NCBI GenBank assembly: GCA_949358305.1
Contig: OX442314.1
Coordinates: forward strand, 33,108,001-33,172,000
Reading direction: 5' to 3'
From: Strigamia acuminata
Taxonomy: Eukaryota
DNA: 64,000 bases
Notes under the pieces: model-generated
Told to the model about the DNA's origin: nothing
What the model saw: the letters and a program-made list of their open reading frames with translations, nothing else
The model's database searches: none
Translations under genes and position numbers: made by a program
Shown here: positions 1 through 12,020 of the stretch, one piece after another
Position numbering within the stretch: position 1 is the first letter of the stretch
How the letters are laid out: the number at the start of each line of letters is the position of its first letter

Positions 1-9
1 GAACGAAGC

Positions 10-690
10 GTGAATACCGAAGCAAAAATTCGGTACAGAGCGAAAAAACACGCGGACCATAAGGACCGAATGGCAAAAAGAGACGCCGAGAAAGCGGCTC
101 ATCAGCAATTGACTGCGCCATCGGCCACAATCACATCGAATGCGCCACGCGCACTCGTTAAAAAAATCCCGGCTCAAACGGAAAAAACTCCCGATGAGCT
201 ACGAACAGCTTGGGCGGGACAGTACGGCCCTCAACCAATCCAAGGTATTGTGAACCTGATCCCGACCAAAGCCACGGCGGCCGCAATCGCTTTTCCAGCG
301 GCCTGCCAACTACCGCAAACGGCACAAACGATGTTTGGTGCCAATACAGCGGCGACGCCGGCTGTCATTATGCCGCCGATGGTTGGAGAACGCCCGACGA
401 ACGTCGTGTTCCAGGGATTCGCGGATCCTCCACCAGTTTGCGACAACAATGTAGTCACCACCGAAGCAACGATCGAGACCGCGATGCAGATTGACGGCGC
501 ACCGAACGAGGAGTCGCACACACCGCCACCACCACCGCCAGTCGTTCCCGAGCCCAAAGCTACCGCCGTGAAAAAGAAGTCGAATAAGAAGTCACGCAAG
601 AAGCTAGCAGAAGAATTCGTCGACGACAAAACTGAAGAAGAGCCAAAAACCGACGATACGCCACCCACACCGGGGAAATCGCTGCAGTGA
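10..690 (+). CDS. 5'-open low-complexity (Ala/Pro/Thr/Lys-rich) ORF of unknown function, possibly the 3' part of an LTR-retroelement ORF
   Basis: Open frame runs from the window edge to TGA at 690 and is GC/CpG-rich against AT-rich flanks. It lies ~500 bp upstream of a PPT and LTR. No domain recognised. Confidence 0.3.
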   Translation: MNTEAKIRYRAKKHADHKDRMAKRDAEKAAHQQLTAPSATITSNAPRALVKKIPAQTEKTPDELRTAWAGQYGPQPIQGIVNLIPTKATAAAIAFPAACQLPQTAQTMFGANTAATPAVIMPPMVGERPTNVVFQGFADPPPVCDNNVVTTEATIETAMQIDGAPNEESHTPPPPPPVVPEPKATAVKKKSNKKSRKKLAEEFVDDKTEEEPKTDDTPPTPGKSLQ

Positions 691-1185
691 AGTTTTCGCC
701 GTCGTTTTAAAGGAGATTTTGGCCAAGCCTGTTAAGACTTTTATAGTGCCAGAAATAATTTTTTTATTGTCAAAACAAGTTTTTTTTATTATTAATTATT
801 CCAAAGTGTTAAAATTAGCATACTTACCTTTTAATGTTAAATGGATTCAATAACTACAAATGTTAGATTTTAAAGTTCAAAAAGTGTTTTTTATTCATAT
901 ATATTTTTAAATTACAAGTGTTATTTTACATTTTTATTTTTCAATAGTGTTTAAATTGTACAAGTTTTCCATCCTGGGGGTAAGTGTGTATGTGTTCCTT
1001 TGTAGTGTTGTTATTTTCCCAAGTGCATTCCTACCGGTGATCTTCGTTCTAGCTGATGGCTCGTCCGAAATATGGTCATCTGATAAACTGAAAAAAGAAA
1101 AGTAATGCGATGTGTTAACTTTCAACAACCACTTCAGTGATTGCGTTGTACCCCCTCGTACTTACCTTTTTCCAGGGGGGGGAAA

Positions 1186-1808
1186 TGTGACCAGCTGCCC
1201 CTGCGCACGGGTCGCTGCACTGCAACGGCAATGCACTTGGCGCAGCTCCAGCGCCTCTCGTATCTCGCGCAGCCTGTTGCGGTCCTCCGCAACCAGGTGG
1301 AGCTGCGGGCCTTTGGTCAAGCAGGATCAGGCCCCGGAAGTCGCCCTTCCGGAAGTGGTTGGTCCCCGTAGGGACAAGAGAGTTGTTGATCAACCAGCAA
1401 GGCGAACGGTCGTGTTGCGACCGCCTCCGAAACTGGCTATTGAGATAACCCAAACTATCGGCGTGGCGATGATATCGCCCGCCGGGACCTGAGCGTCCAG
1501 TTGCGCCACGTCCGCCGGACGTTAACCGTAACTTCGGCGGCGTGGCCCAAAACCGATTACCGACCTCGTGTGTCATGGCGGCCGATGGCCGCCGTGCCAC
1601 GCGGTCTGATTAGGGACGGTTCGAAGGAACCGCCGCCTTGGGAAATACACTATGGGACACTACAATCATACCCCTAGACATCCAATAAAGCCATAACTAA
1701 AACTATATTGTGTCTCCGTGTATTTCGTGGTTTGTTTTATCGTGTGTGTTGCGTCCAGCGCCTCCGTGGCTCTCCCCCGACCACGTGGCGTCCGTCCGAA
1801 CACTCACA
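1186..1808 (+). mobile_element. 3' LTR of an LTR retrotransposon (623 bp)
   Basis: TGTGA...TCACA termini, directly preceded by the polypurine tract AGGGGGGGGAAA (1174-1185), with internal AATAAA at ~1684. Confidence 0.65.
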
Positions 1809-1942
1809 ACTCTGGCAAAAGTGTGCATTTATGAAGCTCAGTGTTAATTGCAATGGGAAATAAATTGAACCGAATAATATAAAAAAAATTAGCAGGAATG
1901 TTTATATTTTGGAAACTGTTTTGTTTTATTTCATTTTATTTA

Positions 1943-2680
1943 CTATTTTTCCCGCCGTCTTCTATTCTCCAGTTCTGCTTCGTTTCTCAAAAGTTTATAT
2001 TTTTCGCTGTTTTCGAAGTGTTGCGATGGCGTAAGATAATTTTCGTGGTTTTGCACATACTGTTGTAATATTGGCAAGACGATATCATACGCTTCGACGA
2101 TTTCTGACGTCTTGTGAGCGCCTGTGAGGACTATTTTACCTGATTTAAACACCAAAATTACAACATTAGGTTTCCGCAATCGATAAACTAAGCCAGGAAA
2201 TAATTCTGCTTCGTAAGTAATCGACGCGAGGTCGCCAGTAGGTGTCTCGCATGGGCGATACAAGGCTAATATCTCTAACTTAATTTTTCCTTTGAGATCA
2301 GCACTTGCCACTATATTTTGGATTTCGATTTTGCGAAGTTTTACTTCATATCCTATTCTTTGAACAATTCTCGCGAATCTTTTCACGGCAGTTCGCGCCA
2401 GCTCTTCAGTTTTTGCACCAATACAGACGAGTTTACCAGTACTAAAAATAAGTGCTGTCGTTTTTGGTTTTCGGATTCGCATTATTACGGCCGGAAATTT
2501 TTTTTGGTTGTACTCGCAGTTTCGTGCGTTCATAGTGACCTTTTCCAAATCTAATTTGCAGTGCATCTGTGCAGTGGCCACAATATTTTGTATCATTAGA
2601 CCATCCCCAGAAGGCCCAGACTGTTCATTCTCGTATTCCTTATTGAGTTCGGCCAGCATCGCTTGAGTAGGAATTGACAT
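1943..2680 (-). CDS. TBP-like: Divergent intronless TATA-binding protein paralogue (245 aa)
   Basis: Two TBP repeats (IQNIVATA...KKFPAVIMRIRKPKTTALIFSTGKLVCIGAK and IQNIVASA...ELFPGLVYRLRKPNVVILVFKSGKIVLTGA). Single exon, with AATAAA just after the stop. Confidence 0.93.
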   Translation of the reverse strand: MSIPTQAMLAELNKEYENEQSGPSGDGLMIQNIVATAQMHCKLDLEKVTMNARNCEYNQKKFPAVIMRIRKPKTTALIFSTGKLVCIGAKTEELARTAVKRFARIVQRIGYEVKLRKIEIQNIVASADLKGKIKLEILALYRPCETPTGDLASITYEAELFPGLVYRLRKPNVVILVFKSGKIVLTGAHKTSEIVEAYDIVLPILQQYVQNHENYLTPSQHFENSEKYKLLRNEAELENRRRREK

Positions 2681-2777
2681 GACTGGTTCGGTTTGAGAGA
2701 ATCAAGTTAATGATTTTCTTGTTAATTGAACGATGATGTTATGTTAAATGCTGAAGTAGTGTATACGACAATGTTAA

Positions 2778-2821
2778 GACTGAACTGATGATTTGTTCAA
2801 TAATAGTTGGGGGTTTATATA
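2778..2821 (-). promoter_or_regulatory. Putative TATA box and initiator (TCAGTT) for the TBP-like gene
   Basis: Minus strand reads TATATAAA (2821-2814) then TCAGTT about 33-35 nt downstream. CCAAT and ACGT-rich motifs lie further upstream (2830-2990). Confidence 0.4.
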
Positions 2822-3200
2822 CCCGAAATAATGTCACGTCCTATAAACGTGACGATGTCACGTTTTGTAAACATGACAGGTCACTCGACCAATCAGTGTC
2901 GAGTTGACCAACACAGGACAAATGTGTATTGTCCAATCCAACAAACGGATATATACGTATGCATGACGTTACAAACGTTCAGACGACGTTCATAACATTT
3001 AATATTGTTGCGAATAGATTCGATAAATTTTCAATCACGGTGACAAGTGCTGTCCTGTGTCTAGCTATTTAAAAAAAACGTAACTCGTGACGTTTTCAAC
3101 AATTGGTTATTTTTTCTTTTAAATCTACGCCTTGTTGGCGATGCAAATGGATGGATTGACAAATTCACAAATTTTGGATTGACCTCGCAAAATTCTCAAG

Positions 3201-5124
3201 ATGCAGATGCAACCTTTAAAATCGTCCTCGCAAATGTCGAAACCGCCGGCAGTGACCAGCGACGAATCTGCCGACGTAAACAAGGATGGAATGACATTCA
3301 CCAAATACATCCGCTCTTCGAGAAACATGATGTTTCGCCTCCTCAAACACACCGCACTAACCGACGTCGTCCTCGTTTGCGGCAACGCCTCTCTCCCAGC
3401 ACACAGAATTTTGCTGGCCACGTGCAGCATGTACCTCAAAGAGGTAAAAAATAAAAAAAAAAATAAAAAATAAAAAATAAAAAATATTTTTTTCAGTTAT
3501 TGCTGAAAGAAGAATCGACCGTTGGCCGTCCCTACCGGCTCCTTTTCCCCGACATCGACGCCTCGACCGCAGAAGTCCTTTTGGAATTCGTCTACACCGG
3601 CCGCTTGAACGTCAGCTCGAAGAACTTCAACGCGGTGAGCTCGGCGTTGGAGGCCGCCTACCAACTCGAGATCAACTCGCTCTACCGCAAATGCGCCGAA
3701 ATCCTCACGGCCCAACTCACGTCCAACAACGTCATCGACCTCCTCGAGCTGAGCGAACGTTGCAAAGACCCCGAAATGATCGAAAAAAGTTTAGACTTGC
3801 TCTCGCGCCAGCTGGAAACGCGCTACAAGTCTTCCAGGTACCTCTCTCTCTCGCTCGACAAATTCCTCACGATCGTCATGCGAGTCGTGCAGTCGTTCGA
3901 AATCGGACATTCTCCCGACTCCATTCTGAGGGCTGCTCTGAGCTGGGTGAAACACGACCCGAAGAACCGCTCCCACCAATTAGAAACCATCTTCAAATGC
4001 GTCCAGAATTGGTCCAGCAGTTCCCTCTGGCTGAACGTCAACCCGGACTTCGACGCGGACTCCAAAGAGTGCGAAGTTTCGGCAAACGGCTCGCTCAGCG
4101 CGAGCACGGACAGCGCCCTCGTGCCGAGCGTGCAGCTGTCTTCAGAGGGCAACAGCGACACCAGTATCCCCTTGCTGATGGTCATTTCGATCTCCAGAAC
4201 GGACAAAATTGTGTTCGAACTGTTCGATTTGGTCCAGGACCAATGGCTGTCCTACAGGGAGCACAAACCGGCTTCGAACGTGCATCGCGGTGCAGCCGTC
4301 GCGTGTCTGGGGTCAGCGATTTTCTTTTTTGGCGGCGAGAACAAATCGGGCGAGAAAATCGCTTCGTGTTTCGCGCTCAAGGACTTCAGGCTGCAACCGC
4401 TGACGTCGATGAGGGTGGCGAAGGCCTGGGCCGGAGCGGGGCTCCTGGAAGCCATGTTGTATTGTGTGGGCGGCCAGAGTAAATACAGCACTTCGTTGGC
4501 GCACGTGGAGCGGTACTGCCCGAATCACAACATGTGGAGAATTGTCGCGTCGTTGAGGAAGCCGAGGTGCTACGCGAGCGTGGCGTCGGCCAGTGGTCAT
4601 TTGTTCGCTCTGGGTGGAATGGACGGCAACGAATGGCTGAGGTCGTGCGAGATGTACGATCCGGAGGCGAATAGTTGGACGGATATTGCGTCGTTGACTA
4701 ATTCCTTGTACCATTGTCAACTGAGGTCGGCCGTGTACGAAGACACGTTATATGTCATCAAGTAAATGAAAAATTTTCTTTCTTTAAATTTTTTTAAAAC
4801 TTTTTCTTTTTAAGGGGAAATCGACCAAAATATGCGGCATTTTTGGACCTCGAGAGACGGAAGTGGATCGTTCCGAAGGATTACTCCGGGTGCGGCCCTT
4901 GCAGTCCACAAATCGCGATGGTTTATGGAGAGCAGATGTATGTACTAGACGACAAGAAAGTTGTTTACGTTTACTATTTGCATAGTAACATGTGGGAGAA
5001 AATCGGCAAGTATTCGCACCGCGAAGGCTGTAACTTAGTCTTTGCAACTTTCTTGGCCAGGCAACAGACCTTGAAAAATTTCTTTCGACAGCAGGAGTCT
5101 GTCACGTCGAGAAGTGATGTTTAG
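3201..5124 (+). CDS. BTB-Kelch (KLHL-family) protein; exons 3201-3443, 3497-4761, 4815-5124
   Basis: BTB motif TDVVLVCGNASLPAHRILLATCSMY|LLKE...LLEFVYTG and Kelch repeats (LYCVGG, VERYCP, LFALGG, CEMYDPEANSW). Two 53-nt GT-AG introns keep the frame. Start codon uncertain. Confidence 0.88.
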
Positions 5125-5342
5125 AGTGCAACACTTGTTTGTTGTTTACCGTGTGTTGTCGTGGTGTGATTTATTTGTCGAATGGTGCAAAATGTCGAGT
5201 AATAAAAGCAAAATCCAAATTAAAAAAATAATTTATTTTGTACATTCACTGATTAGAAAGAGGAACAAGAATGGATTCAGTAATTTTGCAGGTCGTTGAT
5301 CAAGGATTTAAACGTTTTAAAACTTCACGCTCAGTATTCGTA

Positions 5343-6983
5343 TCAAAAATTGCCGTAAGGTGGCCGAGGTCCTCCAGGAGGCATCATGTGTTGTGGTTGC
5401 CTCATTTCGTTCGATGAGGTATTACTAGTCGGTGGCATTGAGGGTGGTGGAGGAGGTGGAGGTTGAACACTGAATCCTGAAAATCGTTCAAGATTAAAAG
5501 ATTTCAACAGATAAAATAAAATTTCGTTTGATTAAAAATTACGGTTCTGCAAATTTTGTTGGATCACACTCTGCATCTGCATAGTAGCAGTTGGCGCAGG
5601 CGTAGAACGCATCTGGGCCATATGCATGGCATGATGCATCGGTGGCATCCCAGGTGGCGGCGGTGGTGCATTTCTAGGTGGAAGTGGCGGCATCCCATTC
5701 ATGAATGGAGGCATGAGCACTAAAACGACATGAGAATATTAGAATTACGTACAACGAGTAGTTTTTTTTTTAAAAATTTCTTTTACCTCCTAACGATGGC
5801 ACTGATGACGGGGGTGGTGGAGGAGCGGGCGGTAACGATTGAGATGGCGGCGGCGCATCGGCAAATAGTTGATGCGGTCGATCTGCCTGCGCCAAGGGAT
5901 TCTGAGCCGCGAGCAAACGTTCAGCAGTGGATCCGTGTCGAATCTTTCTTAAACGCGTAGGAAATAGATATGGGACGGTTGCATAAATATTGTCCGTTCA
6001 TAGCTTCGTTTGCTGTATCGGACGCTTCAAAACTAGCGAAATTGATAAACGCGTAGCCTTTGGAGTTTCCCGTCTCCGGATCACTCATAATCTAATAAAG
6101 AAATTGAAATAATTTATAATTAATTTTAAATTTTTGAATATTAATTTTTGCCGATGAAATTACCTTGGGCGTTTGTAAAATGACCCCGAACGCACTGAAT
6201 GTGTCGTAGAGTAACTTTTCGTCCACTTCTGGATCCAAATTCCCAATGAATATGTTGGCGCCGACGTCTAAATTCTTCTGATGCGCCGACGCTTTATTGA
6301 TGCGAATCGGTTTGCCGTATAATTTGATCATGTTCATAATTTTAATCGCATAATCGGCATCTTCTTCGCCCATAAACTCCACAAAACCGTATCCTTGATG
6401 TTGCTGAGTTAATCTGTCTTTTGGCATGTGAACATTGACTGTAACCCAACGAAAGTAATTAATTTATCGCAATAATTAAATTTTTAATAGAGTAAAGCTT
6501 GGTTCACACTTGCGGGAAAAAAATCGCGCGGAAAACTAGAAATATTTTCTAGTTTTCCGCAGCCAATCACAGCTCATTTGCAGCCAACCCCGGATGAAAC
6601 GTATCCGCGGCGTATCCGCAAGTGTGAATTAGGCTTTATATTCAACGTACCAACGGGACCAGCCTGGACGAACAATTCCCATAGCAAAGCTTCCGCAACT
6701 TTTTCGTCTATACCTCCCACATAAATTGTCGCATCTATTCCAAGAGAAAAAAAAATTTTTATAATTGTATTTATATTAAATAAAAATAATGGAATAAACA
6801 TTCTTTGAAAAAGAGAATTAAATGACAATTTTAAATACGGGAAAAATTTGATAAAAATTGCGTATTTGAAATTGTCATTTAATTCTCTTATTAAACAACA
6901 CCGACGTGATACGCACAAGAAATGCAAGTTTTAAATAGACATACTGTACCTTGGTTGCGCTCGGATATCGGTCCTGCCGCCAT
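5343..6983 (-). CDS. SF3B4: Splicing factor 3B subunit 4 (SAP49); exons 6983-6950, 6734-6651, 6438-6164, 6091-5787, 5719-5543, 5476-5343
   Basis: [19 protein letters not shown]...[22 protein letters not shown]...[24 protein letters not shown] gives two RRMs and a Pro-rich tail. All introns are GT-AG. Confidence 0.96.
6496..6635. mobile_element. 140-bp MITE (PIF/Harbinger-like) in SF3B4 intron 2
   Basis: Imperfect TIRs AGCTTGGTTCACACTTGCGG / CCGCAAGTGTGAATTAGGCT flanked by TAA / TTA, with an internal hairpin GCGGAAAACTAGAAA..TTTCTAGTTTTCCGC. Confidence 0.6.
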
Positions 6984-7446
6984 ATTTTTTTTTCTATTAC
7001 TAACGTAAGGTAAAAGAGTTGGAAATGAATGACACACCCAACGATCAAGTTGAATTAACGAATGTTTTATTTAATTGAAATTACTGCTTATATATTTAAA
7101 TTGACCACATCTGCAGCACTAACCTTTTGGTCATAGCGCCGCGAGTGCGACTGGTGGCGCTGTTAAATAAAACTCCATCCCACCTGTGCCGCGGCGCTGC
7201 AGTGAAGCACACGGGGTTGTTTCATAAAATGTGATTTCACAGCTGATGGTGATGGTATGATAGATAAAAAATTGCAACAAAAGTAAATATTAATGAAGAA
7301 ATTTATGCATTTAATGGAAATCCAATATTAGATACCCAAACACAATATTAAAAGTTTTGTTATCAGAATTTTTTAATATGGGACTGACATCTTTTCACGG
7401 TTATTTGCTTGGATGTCGGAGAATACGCTACAAACACATTTTGGTA

Positions 7447-7566
7447 ACGAAAACTATATTTGTTAATATGAAAACTACATTTGTTAATACGAAAACTATA
7501 TTTGTTAATATGAAAACTACATTTGTTAATACGAAAACTATATTTGTTAATATGAAAACTATATTT
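7447..7566. repeat. 21-bp minisatellite, about 5-6 copies, with alternating variants forming a 42-bp higher-order unit
   Basis: GAAAACTA(T/C)ATTTGTTAATA(T/C) repeated. Confidence 0.9.
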
Positions 7567-7748
7567 TTAATCCAAAATCAAACTATTACAACGATTAAAT
7601 AAAGAAAAAGCAAGAAACATCAATCAGGCATTCATTTATTCAGACTCAAAGCAAACAAAACGCAGAATTTTACACTTAATAAATAAAACCAAAAATGAAA
7701 ACATGAAAACAAAATTGAAAAAAGTAACACAAGCAAATAAAAGAAAGA

Positions 7749-9574
7749 TTAAATATTTTTGTTCAACATGACAATGCCAAGCGGGCCCCAACAATCTCGC
7801 AGATAACTAGCTTGCTCCGGTCGTATCATCTGATCCTTGACGGAATCGTAAGACAACAACTGCTTGCCCTTGAAACTCGCCAACCAAATCTGCTGCTTCC
7901 AAACCACCATGAAATACTCGTCCGGACAAAACGGCACGTTCGTGTCGGTCGCGCACCACCGGTCGCTGCTCGGATCATAAACCAACATGGCATCCTTCGT
8001 CACCCACTTATCCGTGTCCTCGCGACCCCCCATCACAAACAAGCGTCCATCGACCGCCGCCGCGCCCATCCCGTACCTCTTGGACGGCAAACAAGCCACC
8101 CTCGTCCACTGGTTCACCGCCGGATCGTAACACTCGGTCGACGTGAGCCCTCGCTCGCCGTCCCAGCCCCCGACGCAGTACAAGCGGTCGTTCAAAGCCG
8201 CCAGGCTGATTCCCACTTTGGTCTCGCTCAACGGCGCCAAACTCGTCCAGTGGTCGTCTTCCGGCTCGTAGCGCTCGACGCAGTGAATGTAGCCGCACGA
8301 ATTGAAGCCGCCCGCCACGTAGATGGAGCCATTTAAATTACACACGCCGTGCCCGGCACGCGGGTTGAACATGTTGCGCGCCGTGTGGATCGTCTTGGTC
8401 GCCGTGTTGTACATGTACATCGAGTTGAGGCAGTTGCCGGCCGCTCGCCCGCCGATGATGTACACTTTGCAGTCCTGCACGGACACCACTCGCGGGATCA
8501 ACTCGTATCGCTGCAGCTTGGGCAGCGGCAGTCGCTCGGGGTTGAGCCAAATGCCCTTCTTGATGTCGTAGCGCAGCATCACCAGGCTGTTGTCCTTCAT
8601 CTGCACCACCAGCGCGACGAGCGGCTGGAACACCTCTTCGCCGCGGTTGCAGATGCGACCCTTGAGGAAGCGCAGCGAAATGGCGCGCGTGATGCTGCGC
8701 TCCAGCTCGGGGTAGTCGCACACCAGCGGGTCCTCTTCGAGCAGTTCTTGCAGACATTCCAACGAGACGTCCTGGAATTTGATCAACGGCAAGAGCGTCA
8801 GAAGGTAAGTGTCGATGCATTCCTTGTCCTGGTGCTTCAACCAGGTGAGGACTGCGCGCAGCACGGTGTCCTGCGACGGCACCGTCAGCGTCGAGCACGT
8901 GAGGAGCGCGCACATGCGCTCAAGAGTGAGTTCGGGGAACTCTTTGGCCTTGTGCAGCGTGCGGAAGTTGCGACCGAGGTATTTGATCACTTCGCATTCC
9001 ATTTCCTCGTTGTTGGTCGTGTTGGCGATGTCCCACGGCTCGAGGAACGCCTGCATCGACATTCCTTGCAGCACCTGGCAGCAGCAGAAGTCGTAGACTT
9101 CGCGCATCTGCAGGAAATCCGCCACGAACAGCACGGCCTTGAGTCGCTCTTTCTCCTCGGAGGAGACGGTCAAGTAACCGGTGTACATGAAGTGCAGGAG
9201 CTCTTCCATCGGCTCGGGGTCGACGCCTTCCAACTCGATGCTGTTTTCGTCGCGCTGGTCGCCGCTCAGCAGTTCTTTGAAGTAGGGGCTGCTGGCGCAC
9301 AGGATGGCCTTGTGCGCGGTGAAAACACGGGCGCCGCACGCCAGCGACACGTCGGTGAAGCTTCCGCCGACGCGCATCTCGTCCATCGCGTCGCCGCTTG
9401 TTGTGAAGTGGTGAAGCCGAATCTCGTCCAGGGTCGCCACTAACGTGTCCGGACAGTGGGCTTTGTCAACTGTTATAAGGGTTATAAACGGGTGGTTATT
9501 AGTTTGGGGATTTTTTTTCTTGGAGGTTTTTGTTTAATTTGTTGTGTCGTGTACTTACTTTGAATGGTGCACAT
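7749..9574 (-). CDS. BTB-BACK-Kelch (KLHL-family) protein; exons 9574-9559 and 9469-7749
   Basis: FTDVSLACGARVFTAHKAILCASSPYF BTB motif, BACK domain and Kelch repeats (IYVAGG, VERYEPEDDHW, LYCVGG, ECYDPAVNQW). A 16-nt first exon (ATGTGCACCATTCAAA|GTAAGT) splices in frame to the CAG acceptor at 9470. Confidence 0.92.
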
Positions 9575-10368
9575 TTTGGTAGGTTTAATTAAATGAACTC
9601 GTGGACTGTGAACTCGTGGACTGTAGGAAAAGCAACTTGAGGAATTTTGGCGATGTTCTTTTTACACGTTGCAATTCGATGGGATGAAACGAAGAGCGAC
9701 TGGGGATTAAAATAAAAGAAATTTGCACTATTTTCTTTCTTCTTTTTTTGTAGATGGAAAATCAAATGAATAAATTAATAGAAACGATTCAAAACGTCCA
9801 CCCCCCGCGAGTCTTCGAACTCGCTACCTGACAGTAAAAAAAAAAATAGGCAACAGTAGTCATGGTGACAACGATAACTTAATATTTGTAAATAATCTCA
9901 AACCAGTTAACGATTTGGATAATATTGTTATCGGGAGACAGAATGTGGTAGAAATTAATCAAATCTAATTTTTGAAAATCGATAAAAGTAAATTACACAA
10001 AAATTAAATTGAGGGTGTAATAGTCTTAGCACGCTTTAGAGTAAATCATCAAGTTGCCATTCATTAAAGCTTGCGGTAAATAATAAATAAAAAACGATAC
10101 CTTTAAGGGCTGGCACGGATAAATATTTTTTTTAATTATTTCGTGAAACTACAGTATTTGTATTTGTATTTGTGGTTAAATATTTACTAAATTGACGACG
10201 AGCATCAGATATAAAATAAAATTTGATGTTGTTTTAAACCTGTGCCTGGAAACAACTGATTCAATGAGGATGACGACAATTATTAAAAAATAAGCCCCCT
10301 AAAAATTTAAAAATCAATTTTTTTATTTTCAAAATTTCTATTTTTTATTTTACATAAATTCTATTATT

Positions 10369-10539
10369 ATTTTACAAAAATTATATTTCTTATTTTACAA
10401 AAATTATATTTTTTATTTTACAACAATTATATTTCTTATTTTACAAAAATTATATTTCTTATTTTACAAAAATTATATTTCTTATTTTACAAAAATTATA
10501 TTTCTTATTTTACAAAAATTATATTTCTTTTTTTACAAA
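10369..10539. repeat. 23-bp AT-rich minisatellite, about 7 copies
   Basis: ATTTTACAAAAATTATATTTCTT repeated. Confidence 0.9.
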
Positions 10540-11608
10540 TGTTCTATTTTTCACTTGATTAATATTTTTAATTTTTTTATTTTACAAATATCAAATATTC
10601 TATTTTTACTTTACAAGAATTCTATTTATTCATTACATTATACATACATAGATATAGATATACAGATGTCGCAAGCCGGTGAATGGTTATGGCATCTAGA
10701 TATTTTTATCTTGTATAGGAACTCCCCAATAAGTTTTAATTTTCATCAATACAACTTAATTTTATTACAACTTTAATTTCCACGTTATTGTACTTTTATT
10801 TAGTGACTTCAATTAGTGCAACGATGAATTGGATGTGATCAACACTTTGGCCACCTCAATCGCCAGACATAACCCAACCAGACTTTTTTTGGGGGCGTTA
10901 TGTAAGGAATGTGGTTTATGCAGCCCCAATACAGGATTTTCTGACACTGAGATATCACACAATTGGTGCAATTAACAGTCTGACACCTGCTAAGATATGG
11001 AACACCAATTGGCTATTTTAAGGGCAACCAAATTCATATTTATTGAGTCCCTACACAAGATAAAAATATGTAGATGCAATCAGCACTAACCATTTATTTT
11101 ATATAACTTATTTCAAATGGGCGCATCGACTTGGGGACACCCTGTATATCATGTTCTTATTTTTGTGCAACAGGTTGATGTCGATCATTCAATGGTGCTG
11201 CCATCCATTGGAAAATGGTGATACTGTATCTAGGTTTCTAAGACAGAACAAAAGGTTTGTTTTAAATTTACTTAAATGAAAAACAAAGTGATTATCTGAT
11301 TCATATTCATTGCTTATTTGTTTTTGCAATCATTCTTTGTCAAATTAACACAACTAACCAGATATTCTGACAATTACAAAATAAAGTAGAGATGACTATA
11401 CCATTTTTTTAATGTTATTTTCTGATTTTAACAAGTGAAAATTATCCTTTAGTTGAAATAAGCATTATTTTTGAATTGGTGATTGGTGAATGTTGCAGAA
11501 ATGCAGTTCCAGTCCAAATTTCTGATCCAATCAACTTTCAGCATTGACAAAGCTCATTGCCTCTTTATAAAATATAAATTTTCATTAATCGGTCTAAAGA
11601 TATAATTT

Positions 11609-11985
11609 TCAAAACTGTTTTTTTTCCCATTCGATTACGCAAGTCTTACCGGGCTCGACATTATCATCAATTTCATCTTCTTCAGCATTTCTATTTTTCA
11701 AAGCCTCAGCCTCAGCAAGCACAGATTTCAATTTATTCTTAGCGGCGCGATGCTCCGCGCGAGTTATGAGTACTTTATCGACCCGGGCCAAACCAGGAAT
11801 GTGTATAAGCACATCAATGGCCATTTCCTCTCTTTCGTCCTCTAATGGGTTATCTGAAAAATAAGATTAATTCCTCCTCTTTCCCTTTTGGCTTTATCTT
11901 ACTTGTTAAAATGAGATGTTTGAGTGCTGGAAGACATTTGAGTTTGTAGATCTCCTCGTCAAAATCGGAAATTTTGTTATCCCTA

Positions 11986-12020
<35 letters not shown>

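Noticed and set aside
7812..9443. Long overlapping ORFs antisense or out of frame to the Kelch gene (e.g. 364 aa at 8349-9443)
   Set aside because: Shadow ORFs caused by high GC3; the same applies to 3691-4720.
9803..9833. tRNA T-arm-like hairpin GCGAG-TTCGAAGA-CTCGC on the minus strand
   Set aside because: No A-box or remaining cloverleaf.
11110..11147. Tc1/mariner TIR end (GGGGACACCCTGTA)
   Set aside because: No partner TIR found; too short to call an element.
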